DNA from: Octopus vulgaris
Taxonomy: Eukaryota
Reading direction: 5' to 3'
DNA length: 64,000 nt
Assembly (NCBI GenBank): GCA_951406725.2
Contig: OX597826.1
Span: 68,758,001-68,822,000 of the forward strand
The notes under the pieces are model-generated. The model searched no databases, had not been told where the DNA came from, and worked only from the letters and a program-made list of their open reading frames with translations. Made by a program: the position numbers and the translations under genes. This document shows, one piece after another, positions 15,065 to 28,148 of the stretch (position 1 is the first letter of the stretch; every line of letters starts with the position of its first letter).

Positions 15065-15836
15065 ATTCCTTTTCTTTTAGGCACAAGACCCAGCGTTTTA
15101 CTGGTACTTTTTTTGTCAACCCCGAAAGAATGAAAGGCAAAGTCGCCCTGGCAGAACATTAACTCAGAACATAAAGACTGACGAAATGCCTCTAAGCATT
15201 TCGCTCTGCGTGCTAGAGATTCCTTTCTGTTTTTACTCCAGGTACAAGGCCCGAAATTTCTGGGGAAGGGTCCAGTCGATTAGATCGACCCCAGTATGCA
15301 ACTGGTGCTTAATTTATCGACACCGAAAGGATGACAGGCAAAGTTGACCTCGGCAGAACTTGAACTCAGAATATAGATTGACGAAATACCGCTAAGAATT
15401 TTGCCCGGCGTGCTAACGATTTTGCCAGCTCGCTGCCTTAATAATAGTAACAAAAATATTGTTTTCTACTGAAGGGCCAGGGCCTGAAATTTTGAGGGGA
15501 TGGGACTTGTCGGTTACATTGACCCCGGTGTTTCACTAGTACTTAAGTTATCGACCCCGAGAAGATGAAAGGCAAATTAAATCTCGATGGAATTTGAACT
15601 GAGAGAGTAAAGACAGGCGAAATACCGCCAAGCTTTTCGTGCAAATGATTCTGCCAGCTGGAATGGTTTTAAATTTTGATAGAAGGTCAAAAAGGTCGAA
15701 GGAGGGTGTAGGTCGATAACATCGACCCCGAAATGAGGTAAAGCAAAGTCGAACTCGACGGAGTTTGAACTGAGAATGTAAAGACGGACGAAATACCTGC
15801 TAACTGTCTGCTAGCGATTCTCCCATCACGCTGCCA
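15065..15836 (-). mobile_element. Cluster of about four SINE family C units
   Basis: Repeated cgaccccgaaaggatgaaaggcaaagtcgac-like cores with the alternative tail (gcccgaaattt). Confidence 0.8.
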
Positions 15837-15850
15837 CATAGATGATGATG

Positions 15851-15929
<79 letters not shown>

Positions 15930-17340
15930 GCACGTAACAAGGTGTTAGCTATAAATTCCTTAGCAGTTCCAGTTGTTACTTATAGCTACAATGTGTTGAA
16001 CTGGAATATGAGTGAAGTAAAAAATATAGATAGAAAAATACGCAAGCTGCTGAGTTGTAATATGATGCACCACCCAAAGCAGACGTAGATCGCCTTTACC
16101 TTCCCAGAGCCCAAGGAGGTCGAGGCCTGATCCAATTTGAACTAGCTTACAAAACAACCACAATTGGACTGGCCAAATATCTCGAAATATCGAATGACTG
16201 GATGCTAAAGCTCGTGGAAAATCACGAGAGACGAAAGAAGCTTCATTCTATCATCAAGGAAAGCAAAAAATTTGCTATTGATCTCGTGCAGGATACCCAA
16301 ACTGAACAACCCGAGGGAAGTACGGCAACTATTGTTGCAAAGAAGGTGAAAATGATGGCAATGAAGAATGCGCACGAGCAATTGGCTGATAGGTGGGAGG
16401 AGAAACCTCTGCACGGCAAATATGTGACCCGCAGCAAACAAGCTGATGTTGACCAGAAGCAAACCCATCAGTGGCTGCGGAGCTCAGGGCTAAAAGCAGA
16501 GAGCGAAGGTTTCATCCTGGCTGCTCAAGACCAAAGCCTATTAACCCGGAACTACCAGGCCAATGTGATGAAAAATGGAGCAGACCCAAAATGCCGATTC
16601 TGCAACGACATGATTGAAACAGTGGACCACCTAATCTCTGGATGTAAAGTCTTAGCACCAGTGGAGTATAAATTAAGACATGACAGAGTTGGTCAATATC
16701 TCCACTGGCTAATAAGTCGGCATTACAATATCAAAACTGCCGACAAGTGGTATAATCACCACCCTGTGGCTGTAACTGAAGGAGAAAATGTAACCATTCT
16801 GTGGGACTTTCCAGTACATACAGACCGAACCATCAAGGCCAATAAACCAGATATTGTTGTGAAAGACCAAAACAATAAAGTTTGCTTATTGATCGACATG
16901 AGCATCCCCTGTGATCATAATATCTCAGCGAAAGAGTTTGACAAGCTCAGAAAATATAAAGACCTACTCATTGAAATTGAGAAAATGTGGCATCTCAAGG
17001 CGGTTACAATACCAGTGATCGTAGGAGCACTAGGAATGATCAAGAAGGGAACCGAAAATTATATGAGAATGATCCCTGGCTTACCATCCCTGCAAGAAGT
17101 GCAAAAGATTGTCTTAACTGGTACATCACACGTATTGAGAAGAGCATTGTCGATGTGAGAACTGTTGCTGCTCATGTATTTTAATTTAACTTTAAAAAAA
17201 AAAAATTTTTTTTTAAAATGAACGAACTACTGAGTTTGGTTTAATGGCCTACCAATATACACTATGAGTTTCTTTGCCCTAGGAGTCGGGAAGACACTCG
17301 GCAAGAAATGGAAGAAACTTTGAAAGAAGAAAAAAAAAGT
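15930..17340 (+). mobile_element. 5'-truncated R4/Dong-clade non-LTR retrotransposon (RT thumb, CCHC knuckle, restriction-like endonuclease, 3' UTR) inserted in (TAA)n
   Basis: From 15930 it reads ARNKVLAINSLAVPVVTYS...HHPK, then after a 1-nt frameshift near 16078 ADVDRLYLPRAQGGRGL, running into ORF 16202..17158. (TAA)n flanks both sides (15850-15929 and from 17340). Confidence 0.92.
16202..17158 (+). pseudogene. C-terminal part of the R4/Dong retrotransposon ORF (zinc knuckle plus RLE endonuclease)
   Basis: CRFC-x8-H-x4-C knuckle, RHD motif, KPDIVV-x-LLID and KLRKY (PD..D/K restriction-like nuclease of R2/R4-type elements). The RT catalytic core is absent because of 5' truncation. Confidence 0.9.
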
Positions 17341-17449
17341 AATAATAATAATAATAATAATAATAGTAATAATAATAACAACAACAACAACAACAACAAC
17401 AACAATAACAACAGCAACAACAACAACAACAACTATAATAATAATAAGG

Positions 17450-17487
<38 letters not shown>

Positions 17488-18239
17488 TATACGACAAACA
17501 CTTCCACTAAGACCACACACACATCTCTCTATATCTTTTTCTCACACTAGCTATCTTTCTCTCCATAAATACATATACATACATACGGTCATACATACAT
17601 ACAATCATACATATATTAATTCATACATACGTACATACAAACATACATACATAGATTAATACATAAATACATACATACATACACACATACATACATACAT
17701 ACATACATACATACATACATACATACATACATACATACATACATACATACATACATACATACATACATGGAAGCGAGGCGAATATTGTCGCAGGACTCAA
17801 TCACGAGAACGAGAGATGAATTTCTCTATGGTTGCGGTTTGTCAGTGCTGCGCGACAATTCGCCACTTGCTAAGACGAATTTCGTGTTTCAGTATATGTG
17901 TAAAGGAAAAACTAAATAAAACACTCACTTTTCTTCCAGGTAATTGACCATTTCAACAAATAACGTCTGTCATGTATCACTTGTGGCGATGATATTTGCC
18001 TCGCTTCGACAAGCATTGAGTTTGTAATACGCAATATATCTATGAAGTGAGGTTTCTTTCAGACAAAAATCTCAGCATCAATCATTCCGACCGTGTGTAT
18101 ACATTTAGTATGATACACTCATATCTGTTTTGGTACATTGCTGCTTCAATTGCTCTCACTTAAATGTGTGTATGTGTGTGTGTGCCTCTTTTTGTGCACG
18201 CGTGTACGTATGTACACGTTTATATGTGTGTGATTGTGC

Positions 18240-18329
<90 letters not shown>

Positions 18330-18331
<2 letters not shown>

Positions 18332-18538
18332 TCAAAATGTGACCGCGTGTGTACCGTTGGCGATTTTTTCCGTCTGTCTTCCCTACTCTGGATTTTTCCT
18401 TCTCCTATGTTTCCGACGAAGAGCTCCGCTCGAAACGTTAAACCCTCCTTCTTTCCTTCTTTCCTGAGCGTCCAATAATACTATACTTGTTCCACGTCCT
18501 CGGGTTGTTGTGTTTTTTTTGTGCTTTCTTGTTTGGAT

Positions 18539-18543
<5 letters not shown>
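18330..18543 (+). mobile_element. Family H1 hammerhead-bearing element within (TA)n
   Basis: Motif gttt-ccgacga-a-gagc tcc gctc-gaa-acgt-t-aaac at 18409-18443; (TA)n on both sides. Confidence 0.8.
18409..18443 (+). ncRNA. Minimal type I hammerhead ribozyme-like motif (U4C core variant)
   Basis: Stem I GUUU/AAAC, core CCGACGA, stem II GAGC/GCUC, GAA, palindromic stem III ACGU, cleavage triplet GUU (GUC in the 9707 copy). Activity untested. Confidence 0.6.
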
Positions 18544-18606
<63 letters not shown>

Positions 18607-18638
18607 TGAATGTATGTATGCACGTATGTATGTATGTG

Positions 18639-18925
18639 GTGGAGGTGCAATGGTCCAGTGGTTAGGGCAGCGGACTCGCGGTCATAGGATCGCATTTTCG
18701 ATTGTGGCGAACCCTGCTGTACTCTTTCATCACAACTTTCTCTCACTCTTACTTCCTGTTTCCGTTGTGCCTGTAAGTCAAAGAGCCAGCCTTGTCGCAC
18801 TGTGTCACGCTGAATATGCCCCAGAACTGCGTTAAGGGTACACTTAACCTTAATTTCACGCGCAGGCTGTTCCGTTGATCGGATCGATGGGAACCCTCGT
18901 CGTCGTAACCGACGCATTGCCATCA
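18639..18925 (+). mobile_element. SINE family B, tail type 1, internally deleted
   Basis: Head plus ccctcgtcgtcgtaaccgacg tail. Confidence 0.85.
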
Positions 18926-19054
18926 TCAACAATGTGTGTATGTATGTATGTATGTATGTATGTATGTATGTATGTATGTATGTATAATAAAACACAATAT
19001 GTACATGAAGGATTGCATGTGTGTATTTAAATAGATTTATGTATATCACTATAA

Positions 19055-19104
<50 letters not shown>

Positions 19105-19244
19105 ATGTGTGTGTGTAGAAAACCAAATACATCTTAATATACACCTGGAGTGTTCATACATACATTCATACATACATATGTGCGCATGAGTGTGCGACTG
19201 CTTGCGTGTTTAGCTCTGCATAAGATTACAACGTATCTGTTCAA

Positions 19245-19550
19245 CGGTTGAGTGTCGATCAATCTCACTTAGTCTTACATTATTAAAGGTATTGCAGAGA
19301 TGCCGAGAAGAAGAATAACTGATTTCCTGGAGAGCAACAATCTCCTTAAACCTAACAACTACAGCAGAGACAGAAGCTTAGCACAGCTTGTGTCGAACAT
19401 TAATGATATTTTAAATGTGTTGAGTTATGCCAGATATTTTGTCTTTAGCAAAAATTTCGAATCTGTCCTCTGTAGAAATTCTTGGAAAATTTCACATTCT
19501 CATCTGGGGAAATCAACCTCCTGGAACTCACTTGAGCCCAGTAAATATTA
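19245..19550 (+). mobile_element. Highly decayed CR1/L2-type RT fragment
   Basis: RITDFLESNNLLKPN...RSLAQL...DIL...FSKNFESV resembles RT domains 1-3 (FLE.NNLL..NQHGFR..RSC.TQL...DFSKAFDSV). Confidence 0.5.
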
Positions 19551-20239
19551 ATGTTTGAGTTTTGCCTGCCATGGCACAGGGCACATATATGTGTGTATAT
19601 GTATACACGTTTAAAGGCATAACAGCATGCACGTTTTTTGTGGGATGTTTTCTTGTTTTTTATTTTTTTTTTCAGAATCGTTTTCACGTCCCCTTATCCA
19701 AGCTTACATTGGCCAAAGTGAATTTGTTGGTGGAGATTTTCTACAGCCGGAATTCCTTCCTGTTACCAGTTTCCCACTTCCTCTTGTTTTACAGCAAGAT
19801 AATATTTTCAAATACCCGAACATGTTTTTTATAGGACTTTGGAAAAGAACGGCACCACTTATATGATGGTAACCCTCGTTGAGAATGATTACAAGATCTG
19901 GAGATTTCAAGGAGTGAAACACACGCAGATAAACCTTACACACACAGACACACACAAACGCGCACACACTCACACACTCACACACACACATACACACATA
20001 CACACACATTCACTTAAACACGAACGCACACACACATAAACACAACACATTGGTTTGTATGACGAAGGAATATATGCTACGATCCTCTTTCAGTTTCCGC
20101 ACACCACATCTACGTACAATTAGCTTGAAGCTATAGTGGAAGGCCAAGGCGTTACGCGCTAGAAATGAACACGAATCTACGAGACTGAGAAACAAAATTC
20201 TTAGCACCACAGCTATACATACACAATTGTGTGTATCTG

Positions 20240-20454
20240 TACGAGGTGATGCCGAAAGTTCCTGGCTTTGGTTTAAAAAAAAAAAAAACAGGATGATCAC
20301 TTAATTCTGATTTTATTCAACATATTCCCCTCTCAGATTCACACACTTATTGCAGCGGTCCTTCAGTTTTCCTAAACTAACTCGAAAGTTTGGGCCACCA
20401 GCCAGGCCTGATGCGATAGCCTTAAAGCCAGGAATTTTTTAGCTCCCTCTCGTA
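20240..20454 (-). mobile_element. Mariner-derived MITE
   Basis: TA-bounded imperfect TIRs (tacgag...ttcctggcttt / aaagccaggaa...ctcgta). The internal minus strand encodes the mariner C-terminus KLKDRCNKCVNLRGEYVE*. Confidence 0.85.
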
Positions 20455-20819
20455 TGTTTATATGTAGAAGGCCACGTTGAATAATATAGTACTACATACA
20501 GGTGTCATATTTTTATCATATGTCGACACTGTTTGCTAGATCTAGCAGCCAGTATTTTTCTGAAATGCCACGCGTCGGCCCTAAAACTAATGAGTACAAT
20601 AAATGATATAGTCTTAGATAATGACTGTTTTATAGCCCATGCCAGCTCAGTCAGGTAGAAAAAAACAATCAAATTCACCTTAAATGAAACGCTACCATCC
20701 TAGAAAGTAAGAACTCGTTGAATTAATGAAGTCCTAGATACACAACTTCGTGATAGTCACCGTTGGACCGTTTTCGATCATGTGCATTATCACTTTTGCT
20801 TGAATTCAACAAAATACAT

Positions 20820-21040
20820 ATTTATTTACAACCCACAAGGGGTCAAACAAAGAGGGGGCAAACAAGAACAGACAAACGGATTAAGTCGATTATATCGACT
20901 CCAGTGCGTTACTGGTACTTAATTTATCGACCCCGAAAGGATGAAAGGCAAAGTTGACCTCGGTGGAATTTGAACCCAGAACGTAAAGACAAGCGAAATA
21001 CCTCAAAGCATTTCGTCCGGCGTGCTAACGTTTCTGCCAT
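20820..21040 (-). mobile_element. SINE family C
   Basis: Near full-length match to the other copies. Confidence 0.85.
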
Positions 21041-22125
21041 TAGAGGATCAACGAGGAACCTTCTACTTGACCTCAGCCAAATTTCCGTCATCTAACGTTC
21101 GAGTTTGAAGAGAGAAAGAAAGAAAGAATTTGTATGCGATCGAACATTAATATGGCCGTCATTCTTTTCTTTTCTTTTTGACGATAATGTGTTATTTGAG
21201 GAAAATGTCACAGTTTTTAGGTTGAGTTGACACGGGATTAACAGCTGCTTTATTCTATTTTAAATGAGTCATCTAATGTGTTCTGCACGCGGGAGAAAGG
21301 CGTGATAGTCACGGCTGAAACATTTTTCGTTAAAGGTCTACTTTTTCAGTGTTGATCTTGGATAAAAGAAATACAGTAACAATACAAACAATATTGTTGC
21401 GTATACCACATCATACCTGTACTGACTTTATTTACTACATGAGTGACACTATACATTTGCTGGATATGCTAAAAATAGCAGCTAGATTTCCCCGGATTAT
21501 ACTCAATTTTAGAAACAAAGCAGGTGCAATGTACGAAGTAGCTCTTAATTTCTAGCACTTCCAGTTACTGGAGGATGTCGTAATTGGAACGTTTGCTTAC
21601 TAAGAATTGCTCAGAAGTTAATTAGCAACAATCAAATTGACAAGGGCAAACATACATGCCAAAGAGATAGAATTTATGTAGCGGCGCAATATATTAGAAA
21701 TAGCAGCCAATATTTCTCCAATCAACTTCTAAACTTCAGCCTGGCCTCGTTCTCAAGCAAGTATTACTTAGTAACATGTACGAGGCGTTCGATATTTATT
21801 TTTACGTATCGCGAGCGGACGTGGACACAGTTACTCGGAGCCCACACGCTTATGACCAAGAAGTACAGCCAGATTATGACACCGGAAGATTGAGAGGGCT
21901 GCACCAAGTTTCGGTTGGTATTCATTACAGCAATGGGAAATAAAGTTCCTTGATCAGGCACAAAACGATCCAGGAACTGAACCGATAATGGTACAGTCAT
22001 TATCCAAATACACTGACCATTACACCACGCACACTCACTTTCCTCAAAGCAAGCTCAAGCGTAGCGGTTCTCAAACATTTTTCACCTATGGACCCACTCT
22101 TATAGACATTCGCTCTATGTATTAT

Positions 22126-22498
22126 GGATGGATGGAAGCACTCCGTCGGTTACGACGATGAGGGTCCCGGTTGATCCGAATCAACGGAACAGCCTACTCG
22201 TGAAATTAACGTGTAACTGGCTGAGCACTCCACAGACACGTGCACCCTTAACGTAGTTCTCGGGGATATTCAGCGTGACACAGAGAGTGACAAGGCCGGC
22301 CCCTTGAAACACAGGTGCAACAGAAACAGGAAGTAAGAGTGAGAGAAAGTTGTGGTGAAAGAGTACAGCAGGGATCACCACCATCCCCTGCCGGAGCCTC
22401 GTGGAGCTTTTAGGTGTTTTCGCTCAATAAACACTCACAACGCCCGGTCTGGGAATCGAAACCGCGATCCTATGACCGCGAGTCCGCTGCCCTAACCA
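22126..22498 (-). mobile_element. SINE family B, tail type 1, inserted in a ~31-bp minisatellite
   Basis: TSD ctatgtattat at 22115-22125 and 22499-22509; flanking tatagacattcg units. Confidence 0.9.
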
Positions 22499-22825
22499 CT
22501 ATGTATTATATATAGACATTCGCTATACATATTATATGTCTTGTAGACATTCGTTTTATAAATTATATGTCTTATAGGCATTCATTATATATATTATTTA
22601 TTTAAAGGATATATAATACATGTCTTTAAGTGATACTAATATTTTCCTATGTTGAGAAATATCTCAAACATATTTTCTAGACACAAGCTACTTATCATAA
22701 GGAACCGAAAAAAAAACTGAATAAGAGAAGGGACGCCAAAAAAGACTGAGAAAGCAGCATATAGAAAACGCGGAACGTAAGAAAAGGAAACGAAAACACA
22801 CACAAAAGAAATGTAAAAGGCAATA

Positions 22826-23048
22826 TACGAGACGCTGAAAAATTCCTGGCTTTAGGTAAAAGAAAATACAGGAGCATCAGTTGATTAGGATATTATTCCA
22901 CATATTCTCCTTTCAGCTTCACACACTTATTGCAGCGGTCCTTCATTTTTTTTTTTATGCCCTATAAATGAACTCGGAATATTGGTCCTAAAACAAAACT
23001 TTTCCCGATACCCTTAAAAGCGGGAATTCTTCAGGAACTCCCCCTATA
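22826..23048 (-). mobile_element. Second copy of the mariner-derived MITE
   Basis: Collinear with 20240-20454; shares ttcacacacttattgcagcggtccttca and the TIRs. Confidence 0.8.
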
Positions 23049-23068
23049 CGTATACATATATGTATATA

Positions 23069-23286
23069 AAGTTAATCCAAACAAGAAAACAAAAAAACAA
23101 AAAAACAACAACGCAAGGACGTGGAACAAATAAAGTATTATTGGACGCTCTGGAAAGAAGGGAAGAAGGAGGGTTTAACGTTTCGAGCGGAGCTCTTCGT
23201 CGGAAACATAGGAGAAAGAAAGATCCCGAGAAGGGAAGACAGAGGAAAAAAAATCGCTGGAGGTACTCACGAGGTCACATACTGAA
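23069..23286 (-). mobile_element. Family H1 hammerhead-bearing element
   Basis: Reverse-strand copy; motif at 23173-23207 matches the 18409-18443 motif; TA-rich flanks. Confidence 0.8.
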
Positions 23287-23626
23287 TATATATATATATA
23301 TATATGTATACCATTATTATTGTTTACAGGATTGAAAATGAAGGTGCCGTATAAAAAAAAAATATTCGCACCGAATGCATATAGATAGTTTGTGTACATA
23401 AAAAGAAATACGAACTAATATATAGTTCTTAAATTTGATAGAAACGGGGGAGACTGATTCGCTGGTGTATAGCTAACGCAGTCGTGTTAACAAAGAGATG
23501 TGGTTTCGACTGCCACGTGGATAAGAAAGCCTTCATTTTATTCTGTCAAAGATTTATATGCCCTTTATTAGACTATTTTCTTTAGTCATTGCACAGTGAT
23601 CGCTTATAAGCTTTAAGCTTATATAA

Positions 23627-23667
<41 letters not shown>

Positions 23668-24234
23668 GTTCAACAAAAGCAAAATGGCCGAACGGACACG
23701 GTTGAAGCGGCTTTTTTTTTAATTGTAGAACTGCATCGGGCTCGCTTCACTTTGAAGATCACAAAATGGTAAAGATCATGAACAATGTTTCTTTATTTAT
23801 TCAGAAGACAACTGATTAACCGTAAATCACTAATATTTCGTGTCTAAAGTAAATCTCTGAAGACCTCCAGCCGACCGTCCAAACAAACAACAAACAAAAC
23901 ACTACTAAGCCGCCAAGTGGCCATAGTCCAACCGATACTATTTTTCTACCTCGTTAGCGATCCAAGAATCACCAATCACATTTTCACTGGCAAATATCGA
24001 TATATCGACTGATAGCTGCTTACTTTCCAGTTATTATTATTATTATTATTATTATCATTATTATTATTATTATTATTATTACTTGATTATTATTATTACT
24101 GTTATTACTATTATTATTAATACTATTATTTTTATTATGAACATTATTCCCTTCTTTGTCTGCTATTCTATGCGTGCCATTATTCATTAAGTATTTGTGT
24201 TTCTGCGTGTGTGTGTGCATGTGTGGGTGTGTGT

Positions 24235-24298
<64 letters not shown>

Positions 24299-25120
24299 GT
24301 CTGGAAATATAAATGTATATACGTTACATTATGTACAAAATGTCTGGTCCTACGCTTTTGTGTACACGCCTGTCTGTGTGTCTGTATATATATATATACA
24401 CTTGTAACTTTTTTTATGTCTGCCAAGATATATATGCATGTGCATAGTGTGACTGACTGCCTCTATATGCACCGCCACACACACACAAACAAACAAGCAC
24501 ATGTATTCTATTAGTCTGATGCAGTGTGTGCATCACATATACCCGTATGCATCAATCCGTCTACGCATGTCTGTCTGTGTTGCTGGGGTGTTTTTTTCTT
24601 AATATATTTTCGATTCCAACTATTTGCTGATTCATCAATAATGAATAAAAAAAAAGAAATTAAAAATACGAATACATACTAAAATATAACAAACATCACC
24701 ACCAACAACAGGAATCCCACTAGCAATACTATCATCATCACCATCACCACCACCACCACCACCACCGCTACCAACAACAACAACAACAACATCGACAACA
24801 CCATCACCACCACCATCACCAACACCATTATCACCACCACCACCATCGCTGTCGACATCATCATTACCATACCACCATCATCATCACCATCGTCTTCGAC
24901 GTCATTCCCACAGGTATCGCCACCCAGCACTCTCTCCCGAGTTCCCCCGTCGTCATCGTCATCATCATCATCATCCTCATGGTCATCATCATCGTCATCG
25001 TCGTCATTATTATCTCCATCATCATCATCATCATCATCGTCGTCGTCGTCGTCAACGTCATCATCATCATCATCATTATCATCGTCATCATGAGTCACCA
25101 TCATCATCATCATCACCGCT

Positions 25121-25154
<34 letters not shown>

Positions 25155-25552
25155 CCGCTATCATCATCATCATCATCATCATCACCGCTATCATCATTAT
25201 CATCATCATCATCATCATCATCATCATAATTGTCATCATCATCATCATCATCATCATCATCAACATCACCGCCATCATCATCATCATCACCGACATCATC
25301 TTCATCATCATCATCATCGTCGTCGACATCATCATCATCATCGTAGCCTCTGCCGCCGTCGCCGTCTCCTCCTGCAAAAAGTAGCAGGACACGAGAATTT
25401 TGATGAGATTTACCAAGATTTGTTTTATATCCTGTATTAAACTACTTAAACAGAGATCAATAAATCGTTCTGTTTATAGTCCTGGCTCGAATCTAATAAC
25501 AACAAACAGAACAACAAAAGGAACGAACAACAACAACAACAACAACAACAAC

Positions 25553-25595
<43 letters not shown>

Positions 25596-25601
25596 GTAGT
25601 A

Positions 25602-25634
<33 letters not shown>

Positions 25635-25715
25635 TTAATAATAATAATAATAGTAGTAGTAATAATAATAATAATAATAATAATAATATTAATAATAATA
25701 ATAATAATAGTAGTA

Positions 25716-25777
<62 letters not shown>

Positions 25778-25885
25778 CAACCAGGAGGATAATGATATTC
25801 ATATAAGGAACATATATGATATATATATAATTTAAAACATGCAATATATACATATATATATATGTATATATACACATATATATAC

Positions 25886-25941
<56 letters not shown>

Positions 25942-26663
25942 AAATAGCCTAATGTAATCTTGTCTAATCTAAAATGGTTGTAATACATTACATTGCAGCA
26001 TAATATAATATAATGTGATATCATTTAAAATAATATAACGCGATATGATGTTTATATATATATATATATATATATATCAATACGTTGTATTATAATATGA
26101 TTTTATATATAATTTAATACAAGACGCCATAAATATAATGTAATGTGCAATATTAATATATATATAATTAATATACGTAATAAATATTATATTCTACAGT
26201 ATTTAATAAAATAATATGTATTTTGTAATATAAATAAAACTGTGTAACAGTTTGCCTTTGCTTTTAAATTTGTCTTTGTTTAGTAAGTATTATTTCCTAT
26301 TTGCGTCTATCTAGAAGTGAAAAGAAATGACTACTATTCCCTTCAAACCTCGATTTTTGTGAGCTGAACAGTGTTTTGAAACTGACCTATTTTCCATTAC
26401 ATTTCAGACAGATTCAGTGCTGAGCCGCTGAAGCAGAAATATCGTTATAGCAAATATTCTGCTCAATACAATGGATTTTCTTGTCAGTTATTTGACCATA
26501 GCCACTTGCGTAATATCTGTAAGTGAATGACATGTGCATCTTTGATGATGAGCAGGAGGAGTGAAGGAGCATCATGGCCATGTGATGAGAGAGCTACACG
26601 GAGGTTTGAATAAATGTAACAGAAGCAAAGGTCGAAGGAAACATCAACCATATTTCATACTTG

Positions 26664-26934
26664 TTGCCTGGCTCATAAGGACCGGTTTACCGATTTCCTT
26701 GGTGTATAGGTTCCCCACCTGGACGGGACGCCGGTCCGTCGCAGGTGAGCTGCAAGATGCAGTAGGAAAGAGTGAGAGAAAGAATCAGCAGAAGTTCGCC
26801 TTTACTATCTGCCGGAGTCGGATGGAGCTTAGGTGTTTCGCTCATAAACACGCACATCTCCCGATCTGAGATTCGAACTCGCTTTCCCTCGACCGCGAGT
26901 CCGCTGCTCTAACCACTAGGCAATGTGCCTTCAC
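26664..26934 (-). mobile_element. SINE family B, tail type 2
   Basis: 13-bp TSD tatttcatacttg at 26651-26663 and 26935-26947. Confidence 0.88.
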
Positions 26935-27049
26935 TATTTCATACTTGCTATGGGTAAACAAATAGGAAATAACAGTTGCTGTTATATACTGTAATATTAC
27001 ACTTTCCCATGTATATACAAGTCATGAAATTTCGAGACGTGAAGGTTTT

Positions 27050-27620
27050 TCGATGTTGTGGTATCCAGTTGCAGGGCGGTGATTTATTTTATGGATTCCA
27101 GAGCGATGAAAGGCAAAGATGACTCCGCTGGAATCTGAATCCAGAATGCAATATGCCAGCACAAATGCAACGAAACATTTATTTTCCCTGTAGATTCTGG
27201 CAGTTTGCCGCCTTATATCACAGAGAATGTAATTCTCATACCTTCCTGCTATGAGCAAAATGGCAGAAAGTTTGGAGGGTTGGCAGCTACTCAATCACAT
27301 GGGTCCCAGTGTTTGACTGCTACTTATTTTGTCCATCCCGAAAAGAGAAAAGACAAACTTGACCTCTGCTGAAAGTAAAGCTGGCTGAAACGTCGATAAG
27401 AATTTTACCCATCGTGCTAATGATTCTTTTCTACTCTAGGCAAGAGGCCCGAAATTTTTGAGTGTGGGTGAGTGGAATTTCAGTAGATTAGATCGACCCC
27501 AGAACGCAACTGGTGCTTAATTTATCGACCTCGGCGGAATTTGAACACAGAACATAAAGTCAGATGAAATGACAATAAGGATTATATCCGGCGTGCTTAA
27601 CATTCTGCCAGATTGCCAGT
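27050..27620 (-). mobile_element. Decayed SINE family C units
   Basis: Two to three degenerate cores. Confidence 0.6.
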
Positions 27621-27920
27621 GCGGTTGTGGAAAAGTTTGACTCGCAATCGTGATATCGTGGATTCGATTTCCATAACGGTAGTGTCGTTGAGCAAGGCTT
27701 TTTATTTCCTATTGTTTGAGTTCGCTCTACTGAAAATGAGAAAATTGAGGGTGAAGTTAGTTAACTAACTTCACATACAGCGTTGATATTTTTTTATCCG
27801 CAAAATCTAGTGCGTTGGAGAAACCGGGGTAAACCCATCCTAATGAGATTGTAGAATGATTTCGATTATATACATATATATATGCACGTGTGTGTCTGTG
27901 TGTCTATAGAGATGCGCGTG

Positions 27921-27958
<38 letters not shown>

Positions 27959-27961
<3 letters not shown>

Positions 27962-28148
27962 GCCATGATAGACCGCTATTCATTACATGGAGTTTTCTCT
28001 CCTTGCTTCTTTCTGTCTTCCTTTCTGTGGAAGAGCGTAGGCTCGAAACGTTAAAGGCTTTTTTACTTCCCGAGTGTTATACGAATAATTCTGTTTGTTG
28101 TCTACACCACCTGTCTTCGTCTTTTGTTCTTTTTTGTGAATTCTGCCT
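27959..28148 (+). mobile_element. Family H2 hammerhead-bearing element within (TA)n
   Basis: cttt-ctgtgga-a-gagc gtag gctc-gaa-acgt-t-aaag at 28021-28056; collinear with 41565-41752. Confidence 0.7.

Noticed and set aside
24679-25440. Asp/Met/His-rich ORFs with a minus-strand acceptor-like tttttgcag near 25373
   Set aside because: (CAT)n/(GAT)n compound repeat; no donor site or complex coding sequence.
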